From an uncultured Spirochaetaceae bacterium (GTDB taxonomy: Bacteria > Spirochaetota > Spirochaetia > DSM-27196 > PWMO01), in NCBI GenBank assembly GCA_964402885.1, contig CAYOFA010000001.1:16496-55449 (forward strand): DNA of 38,954 nt. Direction: 5' to 3'. The notes beneath the pieces are model-generated. The model saw only the letters and a list, made by a program, of their open reading frames with translations, made no database searches and was not told the origin of the DNA. Shown here piece after piece: positions 17,143 to 26,174 of the stretch (its first letter is position 1; every line of letters begins with the position of its first letter). A program made the translations under genes and the position numbers.

Positions 17143-18642
17143 CTATCTCCCGAGGCGAGACGGTCTCGCCGTCACCTCAGAAGATAACACGCTTTCGCCG
17201 GTCGTGCTCGATGCATCCCGCGATGCGACGGCGAAGAAGTACAGTGTGCCGTTGTCCAGGCCGTCAATCGTGATCTCCGTCCGGTCGTCTATCGCCACCG
17301 GTGAGTCTCCGATGGATGCCGCGGATCCGAAATAGCGTCCCGATCGTGTCCCGTAGAAGACGGTGTAGCCCTCCAGATCGGCATCGGGAACCCCCTCCCA
17401 GCGCAGCGTGACCTCCCCGTCCCCGGGGATCGCCACGATCCTCGCGGGCGGCGAGGGAGGAAGGTCGGGCTCGTACACCACGCGGATATCCACCAGGCGC
17501 GGTGTACGGCTCCGCTCACCACCGGGGAAGAGCTCGGCGCGCACCTGCACGAAGCGCCCCTGAGCCGTCGGCTCGAGCTCACGGCCCGGCTCGAACGGAA
17601 TCCACCCGTCGTCGAGGTCGGCCGTTTCCAGGGAGATCCGAGAGCTCGCGCTGCGGTAGTAGAAGTGCACCGCGGTCGTCCCGGGAGCCATGAACTCCGC
17701 ATCGAGACGGACGATCCGCGCCCCCGCCGAGCCGAGGTCGATCGGCCGCGTCACGGCGGTTCCGCCGCTCTGCGGGTAGAGCCCAGGCGCCGGTGGCTCA
17801 CGAAGCGATGAGGAAATGCGCAGCTCATCGAGAAAGCCCACGAGATGGCGCCCCACCTCGACGAGGTCTTCGGAGGCGTCGCCGATGTAGGGGAAGTGCA
17901 CCGCCCCGCGCTCCGTCCCCGAGGATGTGGCGTAGGTGATGTCCTCCACCCGGCCGTCACGAAGGTACTCGAGCATGCCGGTGGCGCTGTCGTAGCGCAG
18001 CAGATGATGCTGCCACGTGCGCGGCACGAGGTCGGTCCTGCTCGAGAGAGAGATCTCGGACTCCGACTGATCGGGCGGGAGGAACACATTCCGGAATCGC
18101 CACTCGAGGCGACGGTTCGACACCGCGGCCCTGATCTCCTGCGGTACGATATCGGTGCGGGCCCGACTGCGCCCGCCTTCCCACAGGAGCACCGTCTCGC
18201 CCTCGGCCGTGCGTGTGGGATAGAGCCAGAACTCGATGCTGAAGTCGCCCCATACGCGCCCCGGCGTGAACAGCGTGTCTCCTGCGGGACGCAGCCTCAG
18301 ATGTCCCTCCTCGGGAGAGAAGACGCCGGAACCGGTACCCCGGCGTGCGAGCCGCTCGGTGATACGTCCGGGGCCCTCGAGGTAGTAGTTGCCGCTCACG
18401 TCGCGGTCCCGAGGCTCGTCGAAGTGCAGCAGCAGGTCGGTCTCGGCGTCCGGACGGTACATCGCGCCGGCCAGTTGCACCTCGGGATTTCCCCGGCGGC
18501 CGCTGCGAAGCTCGACCCCCGTGCGCACGAGAAGCTCCTGCCAGCCGGTGCCGCCGCCGACGCGGACGACACGCTCCTGCGCGCTGAGCGTCGACGCGAG
18601 GAGCACTATCGCGATGGTGATTGCAGTTTGTTTTCCAGCCAT
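17143..18642 (-). CDS. secreted LamG/concanavalin-like domain protein with C-terminal fibronectin type III domain
   Basis: Signal peptide MAGKQTAITIAIVLLASTLSAQE. Laminin_G_3-like pattern: DFSIEFWLYP...WQHHLLRYD...YLRDG. FN3 pattern: VTLRWEGVPDADLEGYTVFYG...LDNGTLYFFAVASRD. Confidence 0.8.
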   Translation of the reverse strand: MAGKQTAITIAIVLLASTLSAQERVVRVGGGTGWQELLVRTGVELRSGRRGNPEVQLAGAMYRPDAETDLLLHFDEPRDRDVSGNYYLEGPGRITERLARRGTGSGVFSPEEGHLRLRPAGDTLFTPGRVWGDFSIEFWLYPTRTAEGETVLLWEGGRSRARTDIVPQEIRAAVSNRRLEWRFRNVFLPPDQSESEISLSSRTDLVPRTWQHHLLRYDSATGMLEYLRDGRVEDITYATSSGTERGAVHFPYIGDASEDLVEVGRHLVGFLDELRISSSLREPPAPGLYPQSGGTAVTRPIDLGSAGARIVRLDAEFMAPGTTAVHFYYRSASSRISLETADLDDGWIPFEPGRELEPTAQGRFVQVRAELFPGGERSRTPRLVDIRVVYEPDLPPSPPARIVAIPGDGEVTLRWEGVPDADLEGYTVFYGTRSGRYFGSAASIGDSPVAIDDRTEITIDGLDNGTLYFFAVASRDASSTTGESVLSSEVTARPSRLGR

Positions 18643-18668
18643 GGCTTCTTACATTAGTATCGTCAAAG

Positions 18669-20474
18669 ATGAGCGGGACCCAAGCCTCTCCACGAGAACA
18701 ACTCAAGGCATCAATCGCCGACTTCCCGACATCCTCGGGCGTCTACATCATGAAGGACGCCTCGGACAAGGTGATGTACGTCGGGAAGGCGAAAAACCTG
18801 CGAAACCGCGTGCGTTCCTACTTCAACGCGGGCAAGGACGTGAAGACGTCGCTGCTCGTGCGCCGCGTGGCGCACATCGAATACATCGTCACGCGCAACG
18901 AGTACGAGGCCCTGCTTCTCGAGAACAACCTCATAAAGAAGTGGAAGCCGCGGTACAACATCAATCTGAAGGACGGGAAGACCTATCCCGTCATCCGGAT
19001 TACCAACGACGAGTGGCCCAGGGTCTTCAAGACGCGCAACATGGTGCAGGACGGTTCGGCCTACTATGGCCCCTTTGCGAGCGTCACCCATCTCGATCGA
19101 TACCTCGAGCTCATCGAGCGCCTGTATCCCCTTCGCAAGTGTCGCGGGCCGATCAAGCCGCGCGAGCATCCCTGCCTCTACTGGCACATCGGTCGCTGCG
19201 CCGCAGTCTGCGCGGGCAAGACGTCCAAAGAGGAGTACGAGCGGCGGATCGAGGGGATAAAGCGGCTGCTCTCGGGTGAGACCGAGGAGATCAAGCGGGA
19301 TCTCGAGACACGCATGAAGGGCGCATCCGAGGAGCTCGAGTTCGAGCGCGCCGCCGACTACCGCGACATCCTGCGCTCGATCGAGGCGCTCGAATCCGAG
19401 CAGCAGGTGATCGACTTCGACCCCGACATCCGCGACTACGTCGGCTATGCCGTCGAGGGAGACATGGCAACCTTCGTGGTATTCCAGATGCGCGCCGGCA
19501 AGCTCATCGGCACCGACATGTTCTCGAGCCGCGTCTTCGGCTCCGAAGAGGAGGACCTCGAGCAGTTCGTGCTGCAGTACTACGGCACCAAGGGCTCGGT
19601 GCCGGACAAGCTCTACCTCCCCGTCGCCCTCGAGCGCGGGCGTCTCGAGCGATACTTCGCCGACCAGCACGACCGGCGCGTATCGATATCCGTCCCCGAG
19701 GAGAGCCGCGACCGCTCCATACAGCGCATGGCGGCGGAGAATGCGCGGCAGGATCTCGAGAAGCGCGTGCGCGAGCGCGGCAACCTCCCGGCTCTCCGCG
19801 AGCTCGAGAAGGTGCTCGGTCTCTCCGGGCCGCCCCTTCGCATCGAGGGGTTCGACATTGCCCATCTCGACGGCAAGTATCCCGTCGCCTCCATGGTGTC
19901 CTTCGCAAACGGTGTCCCGGACAAGTCCCAGTACCGCAAGTTCCACGTGAAGCACCTCGAGGGGAACATCGACGACTTCGAAGCCATGCGGGAGGTCATC
20001 GCCCGGCGCTACACACGCGTGCTCAACGAAAAGCTGCCCCGCCCCGACCTCATTCTCGTGGACGGTGGCAAAGGGCAGGTCAGCGCGGCCGTCGGGATCC
20101 TCGACTCCCTCGGGCTCGGCGACATCACCGTGATCGGTCTCGCCAAGCGCAACGAGGAAATCTTTACCCGCGAGAGCTCGGAGCCCGTCGTGCTTCCCGA
20201 GGGCTCGGCGCCCCTGCGGGTACTGCAGGCGGTCCGCGACGAGGCACATCGCTTCGCCACCACGTTCCGCTCCCGCCTGCAGCAGAAGACACTCTCCCTC
20301 GAAACGCTGCAATCGGTGCCGGGCATCGGCGAGAAACGCGGCCGGCGGATCATGCAGGCCTTCGGCTCACTCGAGGCGGTGGCGGAGACGCCGCCGGATA
20401 TCATCGCGAAGACGGTGGGCATTCCCGAGGAGAAGGCGAAAGAGGTCGTGCGGGCGATCACGGGCAACGAGTAG
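18669..20474 (+). CDS. uvrC: excinuclease ABC subunit C
   Basis: GIY-YIG domain: SGVYIMKDASDKVMYVGKAKNLRNRVRSYF...YEALLLENNLIKKWKPRYN. Also a UVR domain, an endonuclease-V-like domain (IEGFDIAH) and a C-terminal HhH motif (LQSVPGIGEKR). Confidence 0.95.
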   Translation: MSGTQASPREQLKASIADFPTSSGVYIMKDASDKVMYVGKAKNLRNRVRSYFNAGKDVKTSLLVRRVAHIEYIVTRNEYEALLLENNLIKKWKPRYNINLKDGKTYPVIRITNDEWPRVFKTRNMVQDGSAYYGPFASVTHLDRYLELIERLYPLRKCRGPIKPREHPCLYWHIGRCAAVCAGKTSKEEYERRIEGIKRLLSGETEEIKRDLETRMKGASEELEFERAADYRDILRSIEALESEQQVIDFDPDIRDYVGYAVEGDMATFVVFQMRAGKLIGTDMFSSRVFGSEEEDLEQFVLQYYGTKGSVPDKLYLPVALERGRLERYFADQHDRRVSISVPEESRDRSIQRMAAENARQDLEKRVRERGNLPALRELEKVLGLSGPPLRIEGFDIAHLDGKYPVASMVSFANGVPDKSQYRKFHVKHLEGNIDDFEAMREVIARRYTRVLNEKLPRPDLILVDGGKGQVSAAVGILDSLGLGDITVIGLAKRNEEIFTRESSEPVVLPEGSAPLRVLQAVRDEAHRFATTFRSRLQQKTLSLETLQSVPGIGEKRGRRIMQAFGSLEAVAETPPDIIAKTVGIPEEKAKEVVRAITGNE

Positions 20475-20538
20475 CCCGGGGGCGTTCGCTCCCGCGGGCC
20501 GCGCTCCCGCCGGCCGGCCGTGTTGCCGCCGGCCGCGC

Positions 20539-21561
20539 TCAGTCGGCCGCGACCCCGCCGGCTTCCACCACGCGGCCGTCCGCAACCACGACGGCGTACA
20601 CCAGCCGGTCGAGCAGAAGCTCATGCGCGCGCGCGGGATGGGCGCGGAGGTCGGCATCAGTGTCGGTGGCCCGCACGAGGATGCGCTCGATTGCCTCCGC
20701 CGAGTACGCCGAGAGGGCAGCCGAGTAGAGGCGCTGGTTGCGCTTGCCGCGAATGTTCAGCGTCCGGAAGGCCTCGTCGGCGGAGTAGTTGCGGTCGGTG
20801 AGCGTCGCGAGGGAGTGGAGCTTTCGAAGCTGCCACAGCAGGCCGGCCAGGATCGACTGCGGCGAGTTGTCGCTCGAGAGCAGGAGCTTTCGCAGAAGCT
20901 CGAGCGATCCCTCGAGATCCCGATCGGCGATGGCCCGAAAGAGGGTGAAGACGTTCTCTTCCTTGCTGTGGTAGAGGTAGGTTTCCACCTCGTCGGCGGT
21001 GAGTCGGCCGTTCTCGCCAATAAAGAGGGCGAGACGGCCCGCGGCACGCTTGAGGTCCAGGGTATTGTTGTCCACGAGCTCGAGAATGAGCTCGACGGCG
21101 TCCTCGTCCACGTCGACGCGCTGACGCCGGAAAAAGGTGTTGAGCCAGTCCCGCTTCTGATTCTCGAACATCTCCCAGAAGATCTTTCGGTTGTCCTCCG
21201 GAATCCGTTTGGTCCAGTCCTTCCGCGAGCGCGGATCCTTGATGCGAAACTCATCGCTCACCAGCACGAGCGTGCCGCTGTCGGAGGGATGATCGAGATA
21301 GCTTTCAAGGAGGTCGAGATCCTCCTTGCGCTTTATCTGCTCCACGCCGTGAATGATGACGAGGGTGTGCCCGGCAAACAGGCTGCCGCTTCGAAGCAGC
21401 GAGAGCGCCTCCTGCACGGGCGTCTCGAAGGCGTAGAAGCGATGCTCCTCCACCTCGGTCCCGGCCGCCTGTTTGGCGGCCAGCTCGCGGATACGCTGAA
21501 CCTCTCGAGCCTTCTCCCCCTGCTCGGGGCCGAGAAGAAGATACGCGCGGCCGTTACTCAT
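20539..21561 (-). CDS. holA: DNA polymerase III delta subunit
   Basis: At 340 aa, with N-terminal AYLLLGPEQGEK and a typical HolA helical C-terminal half. The start overlaps the lexA stop by 8 nt. Confidence 0.8.
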   Translation of the reverse strand: MSNGRAYLLLGPEQGEKAREVQRIRELAAKQAAGTEVEEHRFYAFETPVQEALSLLRSGSLFAGHTLVIIHGVEQIKRKEDLDLLESYLDHPSDSGTLVLVSDEFRIKDPRSRKDWTKRIPEDNRKIFWEMFENQKRDWLNTFFRRQRVDVDEDAVELILELVDNNTLDLKRAAGRLALFIGENGRLTADEVETYLYHSKEENVFTLFRAIADRDLEGSLELLRKLLLSSDNSPQSILAGLLWQLRKLHSLATLTDRNYSADEAFRTLNIRGKRNQRLYSAALSAYSAEAIERILVRATDTDADLRAHPARAHELLLDRLVYAVVVADGRVVEAGGVAAD

Positions 21562-22159
21562 AGCTTCGAATCAGATGAACGAGCTTGCCGAGCAGGCGCA
21601 CGTTCTGGGTGTAGATCGAGTTATAGGCCGGGTTTTCGGCATCGAGACGCACGCGATTCTTCTCTTTGTAGAAGCGTTTCAGCGTCACCGCCTCGTCCAC
21701 CATCGCAACGACGATTTCTCCGTTGTCCGCCACGCTCTGGTGGGCAAAGATTCCGATGTCCCCGCTGAATATCCCGGCGCCCTCCATACTGTCACCGCTG
21801 ATCTGCAGGGCGAAGTACTGCTTCTTTCCGAGAAAATCGCGCGGCAGTTTGATTTCACCGTCGTGGTTCTCCTCGGCGAACAGAGGCCGTCCCGCCGCGA
21901 CACGCCCGAGGAGGGGTACCGAGACGAACTCGTCGCCGGCGGGCTCGTCGGACTCGAGCACTTCTATGGTGCGGGATCTGTTGGTGTTGAGGGCGATGTA
22001 TTGCTTTCGCTTGAGCGCCTTCACATGATCGTAGGCGCCTTTGACCGAAATGCCGAAGTTTGCGGAGATCTCACGAATGGTGGGCGGGTATTTGTGGCGA
22101 GAGACGAAGCCCTTGATGAAGCTCAGAACTTCCTGCTGACGCTCTGTTATCCCGTTCAT
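21554..22159 (-). CDS. lexA: LexA repressor (S24 peptidase)
   Basis: N-terminal wHTH: RQQEVLSFIKGFVSRHKYPPTIREISANFGI. Ala-Gly cleavage site VAAGRP, catalytic Ser in GDSMEGAGI, and Lys in TLKRF. The ATG overlaps the upstream stop (ATGA). Confidence 0.92.
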   Translation of the reverse strand: MNGITERQQEVLSFIKGFVSRHKYPPTIREISANFGISVKGAYDHVKALKRKQYIALNTNRSRTIEVLESDEPAGDEFVSVPLLGRVAAGRPLFAEENHDGEIKLPRDFLGKKQYFALQISGDSMEGAGIFSGDIGIFAHQSVADNGEIVVAMVDEAVTLKRFYKEKNRVRLDAENPAYNSIYTQNVRLLGKLVHLIRSYE

Positions 22160-23520
22160 TTGTGCATCTCGATTCCGAACTTCTTTATTTTGCCGTGCAG
22201 ATTGCTCGGATACACACCCAGCGCCTGCGCAGTCCTGGAGATGTTATAGCCGTTCTCTTCGAGCTTCTGCACGATATACTTCCGCTCGAACCTGTCACGC
22301 GCCTCGCCGAGCCCCATGCCGTCGTACTCGGAGAGCTCGCCCGACTCCGGCGCGGTCCTCACTTCTCCGAGGTGCTCGCGGATGGTGTCGGGACCGACGA
22401 CATCCGTATCGCTCATAATCGTAATGCGCTCGATGAAGTTTTTCAATTCCCTGACGTTGCCCGGCCAATCGTAACTTCGCAGCAGCTCCATCCCTTCCTC
22501 GCTGATGCGCTTCGGCCGCTCGCCGTCGGTGGGATCGAACTCGTCGAGGAAGTGATTCGCGAGCGGCATCAGGTCCTCCGGGCGCTCGCGCAGCGGCGGC
22601 ACCTGGATGGGAATGACGTTCAGTCGGAAGTAGAGGTCTTCGCGGAAGTTCCCGGCGGCGATCTCGGTCTGAATGTCGCGATTCGTCGCCGCGATGACCC
22701 GCACGTCGACCTCGATCGACTCCTCGCCGCCGACCCGCTCGAAGCGCATCTCCTGAATGACCCGCAGCACCTTGGCCTGGGCACTGAGGGACATGTCGGC
22801 CACCTCGTCGAGGAAGATGGTGCCTCCGTCGGCCATTTCGAATTTGCCCCGGCGCCGGCTCACCGCGTGGGTGAATGCGCCCTTTTCGTGACCGAAGAGC
22901 TCGCTCTCGATGAGCGTGTCGGGAATGGCGGCGCAGTTCACCTCTACGAAGGGGTAGTTCGCCCGATCGCTTCGACGGTGAATGGCACGCGCAACGAGCT
23001 CCTTTCCGGTGCCGTTCTCGCCGGTGATCAGGATGCGGGAGCCCGTGTTCCCGGCCTGCTCGATGACACCGCGAATGCGCTGCAGCGCCTCGCTCTCGCC
23101 GAGGAGCTCGTCGCGTCGCTCGATGGTACTGCGAAGCGCCCGGTTCTCCCGGCGGAGCTTCTCGAGCTCGAGCGCGTTCTTGACCGCGGTGGTCACACGC
23201 TCGAGGCTCAGCGGCTTCTCCAGGAAGTCGAAGGCACCGAGTTTCACCGCCTTGACCGCAATGTCGATACTGCCGTGGCCGGAGATGATGATGACCGGAA
23301 TCTCGGGGCTGTCTTCCTTGATCTTCTTGAGGACATCGACACCGCCCATATTCGGCAGCCAGACATCGAGCAGCACGAGATCGACGGACTCCGAGTCCAT
23401 GATGGCGAGCCCCTCGATGCCGTCGGCGGCAACACGGACCGCGTAGCCCTCGTCCTGAAGAATAGCGGAGAGTACCTCGCGGATCCCCTCCTCGTCATCC
23501 ACTACCAGTATCGTGCTCAT
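22156..23520 (-). CDS. sigma-54-dependent two-component response regulator (NtrC/NtrX-like)
   Basis: REC domain (ILVVDDE...LLDVWLP), AAA+ domain ([29 protein letters not shown]) and a C-terminal Fis-type HTH ([24 protein letters not shown]). The start MSTILVV at 23520 overlaps the kinase by 26 nt. Confidence 0.9.
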   Translation of the reverse strand: MSTILVVDDEEGIREVLSAILQDEGYAVRVAADGIEGLAIMDSESVDLVLLDVWLPNMGGVDVLKKIKEDSPEIPVIIISGHGSIDIAVKAVKLGAFDFLEKPLSLERVTTAVKNALELEKLRRENRALRSTIERRDELLGESEALQRIRGVIEQAGNTGSRILITGENGTGKELVARAIHRRSDRANYPFVEVNCAAIPDTLIESELFGHEKGAFTHAVSRRRGKFEMADGGTIFLDEVADMSLSAQAKVLRVIQEMRFERVGGEESIEVDVRVIAATNRDIQTEIAAGNFREDLYFRLNVIPIQVPPLRERPEDLMPLANHFLDEFDPTDGERPKRISEEGMELLRSYDWPGNVRELKNFIERITIMSDTDVVGPDTIREHLGEVRTAPESGELSEYDGMGLGEARDRFERKYIVQKLEENGYNISRTAQALGVYPSNLHGKIKKFGIEMHK

Positions 23521-25282
23521 TGGAACCGCCCTGCGGAATGTCGATGAAAAACGTCGTGCCCAGTCCGGGCTCGGTCTCGAACCAGATCTGCCCGCCGTGG
23601 TCGAACACGATACGCTCGACGATGGCAAGTCCCAGGCCCGTTCCGTCGGGCTTGGTCGTGAAGTACGGGTTGAAGACCTTCCCATGGTCCGCTGCGTCGA
23701 TTCCGGGGCCGGAGTCCCGTACCTGTACTCGAGCGTAGTAGCTATTGCCGCGCTTGACAAGGTCGGCGCGAACCCGGATCTCCCCGCCGCCGTCCATGGC
23801 TTCGACCGCGTTGGAGAACAGGTTGGAGAATACCTGTCGTATCTGCTCCCGGTCGGCCTGCACGATGAACTCCGCATCTATGTCATCGAGGTGTATCTCC
23901 GTGGCCGCATGCTCCACGTAGGTCGTCGCCGCCTCCTCGACCAGCTCGCGCAGAGGAACCTGCTCGAGGTCGGGCTCCGGCAGCCGCGTGAAGTTCCGGA
24001 ACTCGGTCAGCAGGTGATTGAGCCCCTCGACCTCGCGAATGATGGAGCGCACCGAGGCGTCGAAGACCTCGTCGAAGTCGGGCGCGCCGTTGCGGTGCTT
24101 GCGCAGCATCCGCTCCGCACTGAGCTGAATGGGCGTGAGGGGGTTCTTGATTTCGTGGGCGAGCCGCTGGGCGATCTCCTGCCACGCGGCCACTTTCTCC
24201 GTCTGAATGAGTTTGGATCGCGACCGCTCGAGCTCGGCAACCATCTGATTGAAGCTGCGCGAGAGCACGCTGAGGTCATCGCGGGTGCGACTGAGGACCC
24301 GAAACGAGTAGTCGCCCTCGGCAACCCGCGCTATCGCCTGTTCGAGGTTCTCGATCGGCCGCATGATCTCATCGGAGAGATAGAAGGCCGCGAGGATGGC
24401 CAGCAACAGCAGCGGCAGCGCAAAGAACACGTAGATCCCCGCGTATGCGAGACGAAACTCCGTCTGGAAGAGCTCGAGCTGCGTGTAGCTCTCGAGCGCC
24501 TCGGTGAGGCTGCGAGCGGTTTCGTCGAAGCCCGGCGGCAGGGACATCGCGAGGACGAGGGCGTAGCGTTCACCTTCCACCGTGACGCTGCGGCGCACAC
24601 GCAGAAACGACGCCCGGGCGGTGGACTCGCGCGCAACGAAGCCCTCCCCCGCCGCCTCCGCCTGCCCGGAGCTGAGCCTGATCGACTCATCACCGGCGGC
24701 GTAGAGCTCCTCGAACTGCGGACTGAAGACCTGAAACCCGTCGATCGTCGGGTAGACGCGCCGAATGCGTTCCCACGTCGTAGCGGGATCCTCGACCACG
24801 CCGGCCGTGAACTCGTCGAACTCCTCCCCCCGGACGAACTCGCGCAGCCCCTCCACCCGCTCGTCGTAGAATTGAAGCGCCACATCGAGCCCGCCGCGCA
24901 GGGCGCGCTCGGTACCCGTATCGAAGAGAGCCCGCATGCTGGCGTTGATCACGTTGACCGAGAGGAGCGCCTGCGGTACCGAGGCGAGAACGATGACCAC
25001 CATGAAGAAGAGGATGAGGCGCAACTTGAACCGGGTGCCCGGTCGGCCGCGGAAACGCTCCCGCAGTACCCGCACCACATTCGCCGCGATCATCGCAAGC
25101 AGAAAGAGGGGGACGAAGGCCGCAAGTGCGAACAGGAGCCGACGCGAGGTGGAGCCCGCGAAGGAGACCTCGAGCAGGACCTGGCGGGAAAACAGCAGCA
25201 CGAGGCCCATGAGCAGGAGGTAAAGCAGCGCGACGCCGATGAGGGTGCTGCGGCTCGCCGTTGCCCGTGCGTGTCGTTTCAT
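23495..25282 (-). CDS. sensor histidine kinase, NtrY-like (multi-TM, HAMP, HisKA, HATPase_c)
   Basis: N-terminal TM helices, a fourth TM followed by HAMP (IMRPIENLEQAIARVAEGDY), the H box AHEIKNPLTPI, the N box NLFSNAVEA, and G boxes RDSGPGI/GTGLGLAIV. Confidence 0.88.
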   Translation of the reverse strand: MKRHARATASRSTLIGVALLYLLLMGLVLLFSRQVLLEVSFAGSTSRRLLFALAAFVPLFLLAMIAANVVRVLRERFRGRPGTRFKLRLILFFMVVIVLASVPQALLSVNVINASMRALFDTGTERALRGGLDVALQFYDERVEGLREFVRGEEFDEFTAGVVEDPATTWERIRRVYPTIDGFQVFSPQFEELYAAGDESIRLSSGQAEAAGEGFVARESTARASFLRVRRSVTVEGERYALVLAMSLPPGFDETARSLTEALESYTQLELFQTEFRLAYAGIYVFFALPLLLLAILAAFYLSDEIMRPIENLEQAIARVAEGDYSFRVLSRTRDDLSVLSRSFNQMVAELERSRSKLIQTEKVAAWQEIAQRLAHEIKNPLTPIQLSAERMLRKHRNGAPDFDEVFDASVRSIIREVEGLNHLLTEFRNFTRLPEPDLEQVPLRELVEEAATTYVEHAATEIHLDDIDAEFIVQADREQIRQVFSNLFSNAVEAMDGGGEIRVRADLVKRGNSYYARVQVRDSGPGIDAADHGKVFNPYFTTKPDGTGLGLAIVERIVFDHGGQIWFETEPGLGTTFFIDIPQGGSNEHDTGSG

Positions 25283-25947
25283 CGCGCGGCCTCCGGATCG
25301 CGTATGCGAACCCAGGCACTCCGAAGGGTGTAGCGCGGCGTCGCAAGCGCGATGATGCGAAGCCGCTCGACAAGGCGCAGCGGGCGCAGGCGGGCCTGCG
25401 CGAGCACGTAGCGGCCGGGGCTCTCGGGGGCGACGCTTCCGGTTCCCGTACCCGACGTGGCCCGTCGGGCCTCCGACGGCACGGACACCTCGCGCAGGGT
25501 CAGGAGCTCGGTCACCGCATCGTCGATCCGGGAGAAGACACGTGTGTCGGGACCGCCGCCGCCCGACCCTGCGCCGGCAACGCCGTCGCCGGGCCGGCGC
25601 GTGCTCAGCCGATAGCCGTCGGCGAAGGGATCGATGCGCGCCTCGGTCGCGATGCGATGCTCGGCAACCAGGCGATCTCCGAGAAGCCCGGCGATCCCTT
25701 CGACCGGCTCGAACACGCGCAGAATCAGGTCGAGCTCGGCACGAAGCCCGGACTCCAGGGTCGCGGCGATGCGATCAGTCGGGGCTCTGGTTACCCGTAT
25801 ACTCAGGGTATTCGGTGCGGTGTGCCGCGCCTCGATTCCGAGATCCTCGGCTGCGGCCGGCGTGGCGGGGAGGATAAGGATGATAACAAGAAGGGCTGCG
25901 AGCTTACTCTTCCTCGAAGCGATTTTCGAACAGGCTCGCCAGGGCAT
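25279..25947 (-). CDS. secreted hypothetical protein, possibly DUF4390-like
   Basis: Hydrophobic signal-like segment KLAALLVIILILPATPAAA. The stop overlaps the kinase start (ATGA). The only in-frame ATG (25947) lies 44 nt inside ptsH, so the start is uncertain. The position upstream of an NtrY/NtrX-like pair matches DUF4390 synteny as I recall it. Confidence 0.45.
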   Translation of the reverse strand: MPWRACSKIASRKSKLAALLVIILILPATPAAAEDLGIEARHTAPNTLSIRVTRAPTDRIAATLESGLRAELDLILRVFEPVEGIAGLLGDRLVAEHRIATEARIDPFADGYRLSTRRPGDGVAGAGSGGGGPDTRVFSRIDDAVTELLTLREVSVPSEARRATSGTGTGSVAPESPGRYVLAQARLRPLRLVERLRIIALATPRYTLRSAWVRIRDPEAAR

Positions 25948-26170
25948 CGACAGCTTCCTCCTCGTCGGGCCCGTCGGCGACGATCTTGAGCACGCTGTTG
26001 TAACCGGCTCCCAGCGTGATGATCCCCATGATGGACTTTGCGCTGATCTCCTCGGATTCCTTCTTGAAATAGATGTCCGAATCGTACTGCCCCGCGGTCT
26101 GCACGATGAGTGCCGCGGGGCGCGCGTGGATGCCTGCTCTGTTCTTGATGGTAATCTCACGCTCGGTCAT
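25904..26170 (-). CDS. ptsH: phosphocarrier protein HPr
   Basis: At 88 aa, with His15 in RAGIHARPA and Ser46 in EISAKSIMGI. The gene starts 4 nt after the hprK stop. Confidence 0.9.
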   Translation of the reverse strand: MTEREITIKNRAGIHARPAALIVQTAGQYDSDIYFKKESEEISAKSIMGIITLGAGYNSVLKIVADGPDEEEAVDALASLFENRFEEE

Positions 26171-26174
26171 GAGT

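Noticed and set aside
20511-20535. A hairpin CGGCCGGC-9 nt-GCCGGCCG between convergent uvrC and holA, considered as a terminator.
   Set aside because: The stem is real, but there is no U-tract on either strand. In GC-rich DNA such stems arise easily, so I did not call it as a feature.
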